Positions 31,127 through 44,700 of a DNA stretch of 64,000 nucleotides are shown one piece after another. The stretch comes from Eledone cirrhosa (lineage: Eukaryota). Both the position numbers and the translations under genes were made by a program. The number at the start of each line of letters is the position of its first letter. Position 1 is the first letter of the stretch. Below the pieces are notes generated by a model. That model saw only the letters and a list, made by a program, of their open reading frames with translations. It searched no databases and was not told the origin of the DNA. The DNA lies in assembly GCA_964016885.1 (NCBI GenBank), contig OZ024741.1, positions 93,186,001 through 93,250,000 of the forward strand. Reading direction: 5' to 3'.

Positions 31127-31174
31127 AAAATGACCGGTTTCGATGGGTCTGCAAAAGCCATCTTTTCAAATGTT
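31127..31174 (-). ncRNA. Minimal hammerhead ribozyme, U3:A8 variant
   Basis: Minus strand reads AACAT-TTGAAAA-GATGG cttttgcagac CCATC-GAAA-CCGG-TC-ATTTT. Stem III is palindromic, the site is GUC, and stem I has one mismatch. Confidence 0.65.
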
Positions 31175-31477
31175 GATTAATATTAAGAAAAATTAATAAT
31201 AATAAGAGTTAAAATTTGAGATTTGAAAATTCAAGTATAAAATTCAGTGTGGGATTTCATAGTAGTTTTCATCTTGGTAGCAGCAAGTTGAATGCTGTGT
31301 GTCCCTTTCTGGTAGTGAATGAGGAATTATTTGTGGGGAGTGGGTTTTTTTAAGGTCAGATTTAGCAATGGCCAGCTGCTGGTCAGTGAGGGGGTGGAAG
31401 CAATATACATACATATATCTCCATGTGGTCGGTAGGAGAGGGGAGAGTGATAGAAAGGGATTCAGTGCACTTACACC

Positions 31478-31980
31478 TATATATACACATACCCTCATCC
31501 ACACACACATACATATACATACATATACATGTATATATATATATATACACACACATACACACACATACATATACATACACACATACACAAACACACACAT
31601 ATACACATACACACACATATATATACACACACACACATATATCCAGATACACACATACATACACACACATACACACACACATACATACACACATATATAT
31701 ATATGTACATACACATATATACATATATACATATATATATATGCACACACATACATACACACACACATACATACACACATACAAACACACACATATATAC
31801 ACATGCACACATATATATACACACACACACACATATATACACATACACACACACACACACATATATATATTACACATACATCCAGATACACACATACATA
31901 CACACACACACATACATACACATACATACATCCACATGCACACACATACACACACACATACACATACACCCACACACATA
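31478..31980. repeat. (CA/TA)n low-complexity tract
   Basis: Direct inspection. Similar tracts occur at 34344-34757, 35363-35830, 49297-49830 and 50410-51155. Confidence 0.95.
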
Positions 31981-32319
31981 GAAATGGCCTCCAAATTCAT
32001 ATATATACATACATACACATATATTTTTTCCATAATATAAGAAGTTAGAACAGTGAAATTAAAATACAAGTCATTCTGATCACATTGAGTTCATCATGTA
32101 GATTGGGCCCCGCAACCGACAGTGGTGAAATATATGTGTGTGCACGTGCAGGGTTTAACATGGATGTGTTGGTCACACAAAGGCATGGTCTGTCAACGAA
32201 TAAACCTGATTCTACAGAATTGGTCTCTGGTCTTTAATAGTAGTGATAATTATATACATGCACACATACACACACATATGTCACTCCGTGCGTATGTGTG
32301 TTTATATGTTATGACAATT

Positions 32320-34270
32320 CTATTGGGGTGATAACCTGTTTAGTTTTGGTTTAAATTTGTTAAGGAATAGATTTTCTTTGTTTATTCTTTGTTGCTGTGT
32401 GAACGAATCTGAGCACTTGTAGAAGGGGAAGATTTTAAAGTTGGGTAGTGTCATTCCTGCGCAGTTCACAATATGGCTGCTCAAGGGGATTTTTCTTGTG
32501 TTAGCGTCCCGGATTTGTTGGCGGTGGATGGTTATTCTTTTGCGTAATGAGGTGCCCGTCTGTCCTATGTAGTTGTGTTTGCACCCACCGCAAGTTATTG
32601 TGTAAATCAAGTTCTCCGAGTTGCAGGTGAAATTGTTTTTTACTGTAAATGTTTGGCCATCTTTAAATGTAAATTTTTGTCCTTCAGTGAGGTAGAGGCA
32701 CGTTCCACAGTTTGTTCTACCACATTTGGTAACTGTAGGGTTGAGGATTGGTTTAGGTATATTTGGTCCAGTGAGAATGCGTTTTAGTGATTTGGGTTGT
32801 CTTTTACTTTTAAGGATCTTGTGTGTTTCAAGAATAGACTTCATTTTTACATCTTTAAGTAGGATGGGGAGGTTTTTGTGTAGGTGATCAAACATTTCGG
32901 TATTTCTGGGGTTGAAAGTGGATACATATGGCAGGGTGTTGAGTGTGGTTTTCTGTTTTGGATTGTTAAGTTGATGGGGATTTAGGTGTTTTGCCCTGTC
33001 TATTCCATTGTTGATTATTTCAAGTGGAAAGGCTCTTAAGATAAGGGTGTCTTTTAGTTCCTTTAGTCTTTGCTCCTGTTTAGGTGGATCTGATACTATG
33101 GTACATATACGTTTGGCCAAATTGTAAGGAATGTTAAGTTTTGTATGTTTTGGGTGACTTGATGTGAAAAAGAGGTATTGCTTGGAATCTGTGGGTTTAT
33201 AGAATATATCTGTATCTAATTTCCCGTCTATTACAGAGATGAGAATATCCAAGAAGGCTAATTCCTTGGGATTGGATTCCATTGTGAATTGTATGTTATT
33301 ATCTATGTTGTTTATCATGTTTTTAAACATAGTGAGTTCATGTCTTCGTGCCATAGGATAAAGCAGTCGTCTAGATATCTTTTCCAATTGGCTTTGAGGT
33401 GTGTGTGGAAAGAATCTCCAAATAAGAGAAGGGACTGACTGTATATTTGTTGTTCATGGAATCCCATGACTAGGCTGGCATATGTGGGTGCTACTTTCGT
33501 GCCCATTGCAGTACCTGACACTTGTCTGTATGTTCAACCATTGAATGTGAAGTAGTTATTTTGTAGGATAAAGCGGAGTCCGTCAGTGATAAAATCTTTG
33601 TTGATGCGTGTCGGTATTTCTGATGGGTGTGTGTTAAGCCAGTATTGGACTGCTGTTATTCCATAGTTGTGGGGTATGTTTGTGTAGAGGTTTATTACGT
33701 CAAAGGAGACAAGAATTGTATTTGCACTTACTGTTTTAGGGAGGTGTTTCAGCATGTCAAGGTCATCTCATATGTAGCTCTGTATATGTTGTAGAAAGGG
33801 TTTCAGTAGGATGTCCAGAAAGTTGCTAAGTCTGTGGGTTTCACATGTAGGGCCTGCTATAATTGGCCTGAGTTTTAGGTCTTCTGGTGGTGTTAGTTCA
33901 ATGTAATTGTTGGTTGAGGTGTCACATGCATCGTTTATGGGTTTACATTTGTGGAGTTTCGGTAAGCCGTAAAAAGAGCTTGTATTGCACTTGAAGTGGC
34001 TTATATAGTTAAACTCTTTTGTGGTTAAGCTGTTGCGGTATTTATTCAGTAAGGTCAAAAGGTTCCCCATTGTTTTGGTGTGTTTGTAGTTTTCTGTTTT
34101 TTCATAGTATGTGTTGTTTTCTAAAATGTTAAGTGCGAGGGTCCTATAGTAGTCCGTATTCATAATAACAACAGTACTGCCTTTATCGGCTTCTTTGATG
34201 GTTATCTCAGGGTTGTTTCTAAGTGTGAATAATTCTTCCCATTCGTGTGTAGATAGGTTTGATTTCGTGT
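32320..34270 (-). pseudogene. Penelope-like element (Neptune-like), 5'-truncated, frameshifted RT + GIY-YIG
   Basis: Motifs FYGLPKLHK, LRPIIAG, SFDVINLYTNIP, GTAMGTKVAPTYA, WKRYLDD, AFLDI, CGRTNCGTC finger, NLIYTITC..C...YIGQTG. Confidence 0.9.
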
Positions 34271-34287
34271 GTTTATTTGTATATACA

Positions 34288-34343
34288 CATCATCATCATT
34301 TACGTCCGCTTTTCCCTGCTTGCAAGGGTGGGACAGGAACTGA
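34288..34343 (-). mobile_element. Severely 5'-truncated SINE/RTE 3' tail
   Basis: catcatcatcatttacgtccgcttttccctgcttgcaagggtgggacaggaactgat. Another copy is at 35574-35635. Confidence 0.8.
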
Positions 34344-34483
34344 TATATATATATATATATACACATACACACACATATACATATATATACACACACATAT
34401 ACATATATATACACACACACACACATGCATACATACTCATACATACACATATACATACACATATATATACACATATATATACG

Positions 34484-34530
<47 letters not shown>

Positions 34531-34586
34531 ATATACATATACATACACATATACATATATATATATATATACATACATACACATAT

Positions 34587-34624
<38 letters not shown>

Positions 34625-34677
34625 GATGATGATACATACACATATACACATATATATATACACATATATATACACAC

Positions 34678-34759
<82 letters not shown>

Positions 34760-35360
34760 TGGCTGCCAACTCGTTTTCGAGTACGGCCACTACTTTATAT
34801 CCATGTAGGAGAACCCCTACCGATGCGCTGAACGAGTGTGACTTTTTAGTCCAGCCAGCGACTTGAAAACTCTGGTACAAACACTACACTTGTGACAGTT
34901 ATTGACACATAGTGCTGGGCCCATGGTACCATGTGATGACAAGTGCAGAGAGATCTCCAGATATAAAGCAATGCCTGTGCCGTGAAGCTTTAATAGTGAG
35001 CAAAGGCACTGCACAAAGCCAGTCCCACTCTCTTAACCAAGATGATATTTACCAAAAAGAAGAACAAGTCAACATCATTGGATACCATCAGGGTTGCAGG
35101 TGTTATATCAGAGTTTTCCTTCTCCTAGAATTCTGCCTTGACAAAGGCTAAGGGTTCTTCTCTCCCGGTGATTTTGGATGGCCATTGACTCTTAAGAGCT
35201 CCTTTGCCCTTTGACAGGTTTTGTTTTTAGTCCTGCAGGATGTCCAAAGTCACCCCTCTCATCAAGAAACCTTGGTGGGGTTGCCAGTTTAGTCGCCAAC
35301 GACCCGACCATGGGACAGGTTGTACTGGGATGCATGTTACCAGTAGCACCAACTGATGAC
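34760..35360 (-). mobile_element. Degraded non-LTR retrotransposon remnant with C-terminal C2H2 finger (RTE-like)
   Basis: ORF 34817..35014 ends [22 protein letters not shown], a single C2H2 finger of the kind ending some RTE ORFs. The rest is decayed. Confidence 0.45.
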
Positions 35361-35682
35361 CTGACACATATACATATACATATACATACATACATACATA
35401 CATACACATATACATATATACATACATACACACACACATATATACATACATACATATACACATATACACACATACATATATATATACATACATACATACA
35501 CATACACATATACATATATACATGCATGCACACATATACATACATATACACATACACAAACATACATATACACATCATCATCATCATCACTTTACGTCCG
35601 CTTTTCCCTGCTTGCAAGGGTGGGACAGGAACTGATATATATATATATATATGTGTATGTATATATATATATATATATACAT

Positions 35683-35723
<41 letters not shown>

Positions 35724-36034
35724 CATACACATATATATATATATAAATATACATATATATACACACACACATATACACACACACATACGCAAAACCATAT
35801 ATACATACAAATAAATATACACACAAAGAGGACAAGTGAACGCACCTACACAGCGATATGCATACGAACAAACCGCCACTCATAGAATACATACAAATAA
35901 GTACTCATAAATATACGCATATACACAGGCACATAAAAACAGCGCTACAAGCAGAAAATGCACATAGGTAAGAGGTACTCACATAACCATAGTGGCCGTA
36001 TTTCAGGTTGAGGGCTAAAAGGAGGAAGTCGTTT

Positions 36035-38186
36035 TTAACCATCAGGCATTAACACTGGCTTAAGGTATTTGAAAGTTGCAAAGTTTTTGTGCATGCAGTT
36101 CGAGCAGTGTTCAGAGAGTTTGTTCAGTAGCGGGACCTTGGCGAATAAAATTTTGTAGCTCTCTGAGATACAAAGGTCGCAGCTTTTGTGTCCTCCGTTG
36201 TAAGAGCGCGCTTCCTGGAGTATTTTCCATTTAAGCGTGAAGGGGCTGGAGTTCTTTTTGGAGTCCCAAACATAGGAGGCGAGTGTTGTCTGGTTTGATT
36301 TGTCCGGTTTTCTGAAGGAGTGGGTATGGGCATACCAACGGGTCTTGGAAGTTATTGGAAGTCATGCCGATGTAAGTCTTTTTGTTGTTGCACTTATCTG
36401 TGCCTGAGATGACATCGCATTTGTATACGATATCATTTGTCAGGCATTTGTTTTCAAGTGGGCAGGCTTCCTTGTTTAGGCAATTACACAAGGCCCCAGT
36501 CCGAGGATTGGGTTCGGAGGTGGTTGGCTTATTTAATTTTTTAGAATTGTGATTGGCTATATTCTTAGCTAGGTTAGGTGTGGTGGAGTAGGAGAGTCTT
36601 ATTGTGTTCTTATTAAAGATGGTATAGTACCTATGTTGTATGGGAAAGTGTGGTTTCAGCAAAGTGAAGAAAATCCTAGCTATAGGTGTAGAGACCTCTC
36701 TATTGAAGGGAGGGTTGTACCAGCTAATCTGCCTATGCCTATTCCTCCTCTGCAGTCTTGCGGTGGTTTCTAGGTAGGTTATCTTTTTTTTAAATCCGCT
36801 GTGAGCGAGGGCGTCATTGTAGTAGGAGGCAGAGGCGTTAAAAATATCTTCATTGGCAGAGAGGCCAGAGATTCTAATAGAGACTCTTTTTACTAAGTTA
36901 TCAGTGATGTTTTTGGGGTGGTTAGAATTAACATTAATATATCTAAGGGAATCGTTAGGTTTGTGGTACAGGTAATAGAGGGAAGTATCTAGGTCGAGTG
37001 TGACATCTAAGAAGTTGGCCCTAGTCATATTAGATTCTATAGTTATACTAAATCCTAGATTAGAGAAGAACGAGCTTAAGTTTCTCCGAAACCCATCGGT
37101 GGTTCTGGGGTTAACCTTGTGCAGGGCGAAGAGGCCGTCGTCTCGGTATAAACCTCTGGTTAGGCCAGTAAAGAGGTTCTTCAGGTGATGTAAAATGTAC
37201 AAGCCCACAAGGTCGCTAATTTCAGCCGAGTCACTTACTCCCATGCTGACGTCAAATGGGGTCTGATACTTCTTGTTGATCCAGTAAGATCCATCGTGGT
37301 ATAGAAAGGTCTTACGGGCGTGGAAGATAACAACTTGCTCAGCATCGGTAATGGTGGTAAAATTCCTGGCAAAGGTAATTGCGTCCTTCAGGAGGGGTTC
37401 CAAGATAGAAGTATAGTAGTTTTCTATGTCGAGTTGCAGGAAGCGAGTGTGGCGTTTGTCGGGTAATTCTTGGAACCAGGATATTGCCTCAGATGTTCTG
37501 CTCCAGAGTGGGAGGTGTGAGGCAACCCGCAATGATGGTAGAACTCTATCTAGGATCTTCTTACTGATAGAGCCGATGTTTGAACGAGTGGGGTTGATAA
37601 GTCTGACTGATGGTGTGTTGAGGAAGTTTCCCTTATGGTCCTTCAGGGTAAAATGCGGGGTCTTTACCCTTAAAGGTTCGGTTCGATCATGTAATTTAAG
37701 GGACTTGGCGATTTCTTTTCCGGCCGCGTTTGTCTCAGTCAATGCCATCTCTATTACCTTTTTGTAGGTGGTCGTGATGGCATTTATTGCCAGCTTAATG
37801 TAGGTCTGTGGGTCTACCTCATAAACGTTTTGGGTTTTATCGGAGGAGACATGAAGTTTAGGGGACTTTTTTATATTCCGCAATTCAGTATTTAAGTAGG
37901 CCTGGAATGGTGTGGAGGCTCTACGGAATTTGATATCTTTGATCATCTTGAAGAGGTCTTCTTCAAATGGTTCAAGCAGGCTGTTGGTGGGTGGTGCCTT
38001 ATTCGTTTTGAAGCCAAACTTCTCATCATTGGTAGATGCTACATCAGGGTTGTCGAGGAAGAAGGCTCTCCATCTAATTCGCTTGATGAACTCGTCAGTA
38101 CGTCTGATGAGTGTTTTTAGGTAAAGTTTCCTTGGAGGGATGGGGATGTACTTCATGGAGACATCAAGGTCAAGTTTGGTCAGCAT
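36035..38186 (-). pseudogene. Naiad-like Penelope element ORF (RT + GIY-YIG), single +1 frameshift
   Basis: ATG 38186 starts MLTKLDLDVSMKYIPIP, followed by SSDKT, SVRLINP, QLDIENYY, MGVSDSAEISDLVGL, GLYRDDGL, CNC..CPL..C, IVYKC, YIGMT. After one extra base near 36347 it continues KTRWYAH..LASYVW..CDLC..NCMH to TAA 36035. Confidence 0.92.
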
Positions 38187-38317
38187 AGTTTCTTGGTGAT
38201 GGTTATAAGGGGCACAGAGAGTGCTAAAAGGTACGTTATTCCGGGTCGAATCGGAGGTAACCACAGTAAGTAAGGTACTCAATACATAGCAGAGTATAAA
38301 AGTTTTAATATAGATGG

Positions 38318-38366
38318 GATTCTACAGGACTAGAACTGTTTCATTCTTTAGAAATCATCAGGAATC
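38318..38366 (-). ncRNA. Type I hammerhead ribozyme in the 5' region of the Naiad-like element
   Basis: Minus strand reads GATTC-CTGATGA-t-TTCT aa AGAA-t-GAAA-CAG ttctagtc CTG-TA-GAATC, with a GUA site about 135 nt upstream of the ATG. Confidence 0.85.
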
Positions 38367-38584
38367 TGGCTATCCAAAAATAAATGTGGTATTTATAGGT
38401 CTTTTCAGGTGGTAGGAGAGGGTGGGGAGTGGGATGGGTGTAGGTCATTGGTTGATAGAAAAGGGAATTCATTAAAGGATAATTCTTTAAAGCTATAATT
38501 TATATTTAGAGTGACAAAGGCAGAAAGAATTCTATAAACAAGTTCAGAATGGGGTGCCACTCGATATTTTTAAGTTTCTCTTAA

Positions 38585-40986
38585 CCTTTTAGCATTCACA
38601 TTGAATTGTCAAATGTCATGTTCATCTATTTGCATTATTTTCAATTAAACTCAAGAGGGTTATCAATTTTATTTGTTTGTAATTACTTTAATTTTCTATG
38701 TGCAGACTTGAAATTTTGTCAGTAGATGTTTAAATAACTATAATTTAAAATTATATATTTTTACCTGATTTTTTTTGTTAAATTTGACTTTTATGGGCAG
38801 CTGAAATTAATTAACAGGTGTAAAAGTAATAACTTTATGGATAAACACAAAAATTTAAACTTTATCTGCCTTACCTGTTAGATTTGTTGCAAAAAAATCC
38901 AATAATGATCTAGATGCTGATTTCCATCAATTCTAGCAGTTTTCCGAACAGGTGAATTAATTAAAAATGCAGGTGTAATCAGTACAATGTTTTAGTCTTT
39001 CTCTACATTCCAGGCAAATATTTTCATTGAAAAAAATGTATAAAACCTTTTCACCAGTCAAAATAATATTGGCAATGTACTCTTACACAATGTACGGTGT
39101 AAATTTACAGAACAGAATGTTCCCAATATATAAGTTCATTAACAGGTGTGACACAGGTGAATGCAGGTGTTTTTGTATATGTGTGCTAATATATTTTTAA
39201 AATATTGTTTTCAATATTGTCAGACAATATTTCTATCGTGATATTGGCCAAAACACCCTTTACATAATGGCACTTTGCAAAAGGAACACATAAATAGGGT
39301 TTGGATTGCGTAACCTTTAACAGTTTTTCTCTTTTGCAAAGAGCACAATCGGCAAACCTTCTCCTACCAACAATTCTCTCCACTTTATGAAAATCAATAT
39401 TTTCTTTGTGAACCACTGCTAATTTTGATTTTTTCCCATCCTTGTGTTTGCGAGAAGTATATCCTCCACGTAGCTGGGATGCAATGTCCACGCGAAACTT
39501 CATATGACAGTAGTCCTTTGGTGGTGGCGGATCCTTGTGGCTTTTAGTAAATACAATAAAAGAATTCACAATGGTTAAATTCACTAAAAACCACAATATG
39601 TATCTCCACCATTTCTTTCCAGGCGCCCAACTGGGTAATAAGCACAGTACTGGTCAAATTTTTCAACCCCACCCATATATTTATTGTAGGAGAGGTTAAC
39701 TAAAGGTCTACCCTCAGCCACAACACCTGGTTGTTGGTTAGAACTCAGGAACAAAATTTGCCGTTTGTCTTTGAACACTGTGGCTAACATGTTCTCTTTT
39801 TGCATTTGGAGAATGTCCCCTCTGCTTTTCAGTTTCGCAACTTTTATTTCTTGGGGTAGCCCTTTCCGATTGCTCATTATTGTGCCGCAGGTGTATGTAT
39901 TTACAAGGGCAAGATCCTCTGCTAAAAGCACCGAAGAAAAAAAAACGGATTCACACGGTTCCCACACTTTGATGCCCCATTTGGTGGGTTTAGCAGGCAT
40001 ATTCTGTCTGAAATGAACCCTACCCTTATACCCAATCATAGCTTTATCAACACTAAGATTTTTTTCCAGGTATATACACACTTTTAAATTTTTCTGACAA
40101 CATTTCAATTAATGGTCGTACTTTGTACAGTGGGTCATAATTTGATTCATTTCTACCAGGGGCATTTGAAGTATCAACCAGATGCAAATACTGGTTTAAT
40201 TTGATGAATCTCGTTTTTGCCATAATACTAGATATATAAGCGTCGCCAAACCTTATATCAGTACTCCAATAATTCCACAGTCGTGGAAATTGTTTAATAC
40301 CATACATAATGTTTATAGTAAAAAACGCTTTCATTTCGGCAGAATCTGTCGGACGCCATAACAGATCGGGTTTTCCGATATTAGAAATCTGTTGTTGTGC
40401 ATAGCGATTTGTCTCTTCTGCCACAACTTCGAAGAAAGTTTGTGGTAAAAATAAAAAAAAATAATCCAGTGCTTTAGCATCAGGTGGTAATGTGTGTTGT
40501 GGTCCAATATTTTCAGTAAAATCCGAAACATGTATCGGTGTTGTTTCTTTCAACCACGTTGGTGTTTTTTCAATGGTGTGAGTTATATCTTCGCTTTCAC
40601 TTTCAAAGTGACTATCATCATCATCAGATATATCAGAAATAAATATATCTGATTCGTTTGAAGATAAATCACTGATATTATCTTCTGTTTCTTTTTGATC
40701 TCGAATGTCGTTGGACGTAAAACCTTCAAATTCGTTGTTGCTACTTTCGGAAGCCATGTTACACTTTCAACGTTAAAAACACGTGTTATCGCAAGTTCTT
40801 TAACTATACTAAGAGTTAATTTTCGCGCATAAGGGCTTTATCTCGCAGTAATCTCGAATTGACGAGATTTCAATGATGTCAATGTTTATTTTTAGAAGGA
40901 GATCTCCGTGTAGTATTAAATGTCAGTTTTTGTCGGTTTGAATAAATGAAAGGGGGCATAATCTTGTCGGTTTGAATGCTAAAGGG
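38585..40986 (-). mobile_element. piggyBac DNA transposon, defective copy
   Basis: TTAA at 38581-38584 and 40987-40990, TIRs CC(C/T)TTTAGCATTCA. The transposase is broken into 40757..40053, 40108..39584 and 39596..39186, with frameshifts and an internal deletion near 39947 that removes the second catalytic Asp region. Confidence 0.95.
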
Positions 40987-40990
40987 TTAA

Positions 40991-41460
40991 GTTAGAAATA
41001 GAGCAATTAGAACGAACCTGTGGGATAATTCTATCCAAGATGGCTATACTAACAACCACCAGATCTGATTTAGAGGGGGCGATTAGTCTAACAGGTAGTT
41101 CCATTTGAAAATTACTTTTATGATGCTTGAGATTTATCCTCGGAGTTCTTGGGAGGAATGGTTCGGTCGTTTTTTCAATTCCAAGTTTTGACATAATCTC
41201 AGAAGCTTCAAAGTTTATAGATTCCAAATTGTCATGGTTAGTTTTACGATAATTCTTCCTTAGTTCCTTAAGGATAAGGTTATTATAGTTATCCCTAGAT
41301 ACACCATATAAATTATTAGTTTTGTCGGAGTGGACTAAGACATTTTTAGAGGAATTAAGGTTTAAAATTGTATTCCTGAGATTTACAAGGTGCTCTTGTC
41401 CTCTGTAAGCGTTTCTCTTGAATTTAAGACTTCTTATAATATTATAATATTAGTTAAATA
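40991..41460 (-). pseudogene. Fragment of another Naiad-like PLE RT N-terminus
   Basis: Translates VHSDKTNNLY...ESINFEASEI...PVRLIAPSKSDL...ILDRII, homologous to the 36-38 kb and 47 kb ORFs. Confidence 0.75.
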
Positions 41461-41622
41461 GAATTTGCTCCAAACGAAATACTCTTGTCTGAATGAACCT
41501 GCAGAAGTAGAATCAGCCAGATCCATACAAGGACCATGTCTTGAGCTACCTGCCGGAGAAACAATTGTAACACGCAATAAATTAAGTCCAGATGCACCTC
41601 TGATTTTTCGTTTTCTTTATAC

Positions 41623-41690
<68 letters not shown>

Positions 41691-41700
41691 TATATATAGA

Positions 41701-44700
41701 TATGTTTCTTTATTAGCCACAAGGGCACAAAAGAAGGGAACAAATACAAAGGGGGAAGTTTACATACAATAAAAACGTGTAAAATATTATCACAAATGCA
41801 ATTTAAAAATTAGTCGATTTTCCCCAATAGGGGGAGACAGTTCATATGGGTAACACATACCCCCGAAAAAATGTGCAACCCTCATCTCCAGGAGTACGAA
41901 GTGTTTGTACTCCTTTCCTCTCCTCCTTTTCCTCAACCTACAGGCTGATATAGAGAGAAGGCCCATTCACTCGGGCCATTCTCGCCACTTGTACCCACCT
42001 TTCATAAAACTTGCTGGGGTACAGCACCTCTCTCTCCATCCTGATTCTTCTTCCAAAGTGGTATTTGAAAAAAAGAATCAGTTGTTGGCCGGAGAGAAAG
42101 GTGTCTGACCTCAGCCCTTTCAACCTTGTCCACCATACAACCTCTTTCGCCATAGCTATCACACAAAGGAAAACCGCCGCTCCTTCGATTTTGAAGGAGG
42201 GTGGTGGTTTCATCATGACAATGGACTCGGTGGTCAACCGGATTGGTCCCACCCGCGACAATAGTCTTTCTACATAGCCCCACAGGTCAGTGACGCCCAC
42301 AGGTCAGTGTATGAATGCGTGCTTGATGGTTTCTTTGTCTCGCACGAACCTCGGACAGATCTTTTTTGCAGGGTCCCTGCCCGGACGCCCATGTCTGTAG
42401 AGCTTGTCTCGAACTGGTAGAGCTCCTCGGTAGCACTGCCAGGCCAGGGACTTTTGGAAGTTGTCCATCGGTCCCGGGCGGAAGGTCCTACCGAACAGAC
42501 TGGCCAGTTCATCTTCCTCTACACCTAGAGTTTCACCGAGCGCGTCGTCGCACCTGTTGCTGCGGATCAACCCTCTATAGAATGACGAAGTGGAGTCTCC
42601 ACTGATCGCCGGGTCCGCCTGCCAGAGGGCTGTGAGCGCCTGAGCACATTCGATGTGCCAGTCGCCCATTTTCCTCGGTCTTTGCTTGACCCAGGACTGC
42701 AGCTCGGTCAGCAAGACGAGTCGTGGGAAGGCTCGCCTCACGAACGGGGCCCACACCGGTTGTCCGGTGAGGAATACGTAGAGATGCTGCAGCCTGAGCG
42801 CATGTTTGTGTATCGTCAGCCACGGCATCCCCAGCCCTCCGTTGGTAGGGCGTTGGCAGCAGATGGATCTTCTCACCAAAGGAGCCCGCCTCTTCCAAAG
42901 GAATTGGAAGAGCGCGCGCTCCGTTTTGGCTGGACAAGGCACGACTGTGAAGCGGTAGTAGATGGCGGACGCTATAAAAGTGTACGCCACCTCCGCTCGA
43001 CCTTTCAAGGATAGTTTGCACTCCGCCCACTTCTGGGTGAGTGCAAACACCTTGGCCGACACCTCGTTCCAGTTCTTCTCCACCTGGAGGTCCGGATCAA
43101 ACCAGACCCCGAGCAGCTTTACTGGTCCTTCCGTCCAGCGTCTGACGATGCCATCGGAAGGCATCGGTTTCCCTCTCCACGATCTGAGTGGCAAACTGAT
43201 GGACCTGTCCCGGTTCAGCTTCGCTCCTGTGAACCTTTCGTATTCCTTCTGTAAGGTGCCGACTTCCTCGATTTGCGAGGCGCTCGACACCATGACCGTT
43301 ACGTCGTCGGCGTAAGCCGCCGCCGCTTTCCGCAGTCCCGGTTCCAGAGGGATGCCCTGCAAAAGCTCCAACTTCCGCAGTAGTGGCTCGAGAGTCAATA
43401 CGTACAGAAGGGAGGAGAGAGGGCATCCCTGTCGAATGGATCGCATGATATGGAACGGCTCCGAGAGGCAGATGTTGCTGTTATGCATTGCAGCAATCCA
43501 ACCCCTGAACACAGGTCCGTAGCCTTCCGCCTCAAGTACCGCATCCAGGTAACGATGGTCAACCCTATCGAAAGCCTTAGACTGATCCAATTTGATCAGG
43601 GCCCCACCGAAGCCGGGTTTACACCCTACCCTCTCTATGATGTATCGCATGAGATGGAGGTTGTCGTGTATGGACCTGGTCGGGATTGCGCATGTCTGCG
43701 CTTCTCCCACCAGGTTCTCGAAGACAAGCGCCAGCCTCTTTGCCAACACCTTGGCCAAAATCTGTAACTCTGTGTTTAGCAGAGTTATGGGCCGGAAGTT
43801 GCCTATGTCATCCCCCTTATTTTCATCCTTCCTGACTAGTGTGACTACGCCTCTGGTCACAGAACTGGGAATTCTCCCGTTCTGTTGCCAGTTGCAGGAG
43901 ACCGGAGAATAAGTCCGGCATTGCTACATAAAATTCGTAGGGTAGACCGTCGAGATTTGCGTTTGCCGCATTGGCTCAGCGCGTCCACTATCTCAGCGTC
44001 CGAAATCGGCTTTTCGCAGAATTTTGGCTCGCTGCCCAAGAGTCACGGTAGGCCGTCGAGGTATGGACCAAAATCCATAGCCCCTCCCGTAGCGCTGCCC
44101 TGCCCGAACAGTTGAGCAAAGTGCCACTGAAAGGGCGCACACATCTGCTTCGGCTCACGTATCACGCGTCCGTTTTGGTCCTTCAAAGACCGAATCGTGG
44201 ACTTGTTGACACTTTCTTCCTCCGTCACTCGGGCCCAGCTAACAGCTTTGGCTCCCTCGTTTCCCAGAGCACGTATTTTGCTTCTGACAACGCAGCCCTC
44301 ATGCTTTGCGTCGAAGAACTGGTCCAAGGCCGTTCTCGTTGCTAGCACGCTGGCTACGTTGCCACTTCTAATTGCCTCTTCTACTTTATCTACCAGTTCT
44401 TTCTCGGTTCTATTTCTATCTAACGCTAATTCTTTACTAAAAACTAACGAGTCTAATCTAACTGCCCTCTTGAGAGAGTACCACCATCTGTTGTTGACAA
44501 TGGCCCCTGTCAAGTGCTGTTTAACTAAAGTGCTAATCCGTCTACTGTAGGCTTTGCATGTCGGTAACGACAAGTTCAGCTTCCAGTAGCCGGGTCCTTG
44601 TCTATGGGTTCTATCAAGGTTGACCATGCAGGTCACTAGTTTGTGATCTGAATAGGCAACCATGAACATTTGTGGACAGCTTAACATGTCCCTATCCTTA

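Noticed and set aside
34817-35014. Host C2H2 zinc-finger gene exon
   Set aside because: It is a single finger with no TGEKP linkers in decayed retroelement context, more likely a LINE C-terminus.
31244-35892. His/Thr-rich and Val/Cys-rich ORFs
   Set aside because: They are translations of (CA/TA)n tracts, open on both strands in several frames.
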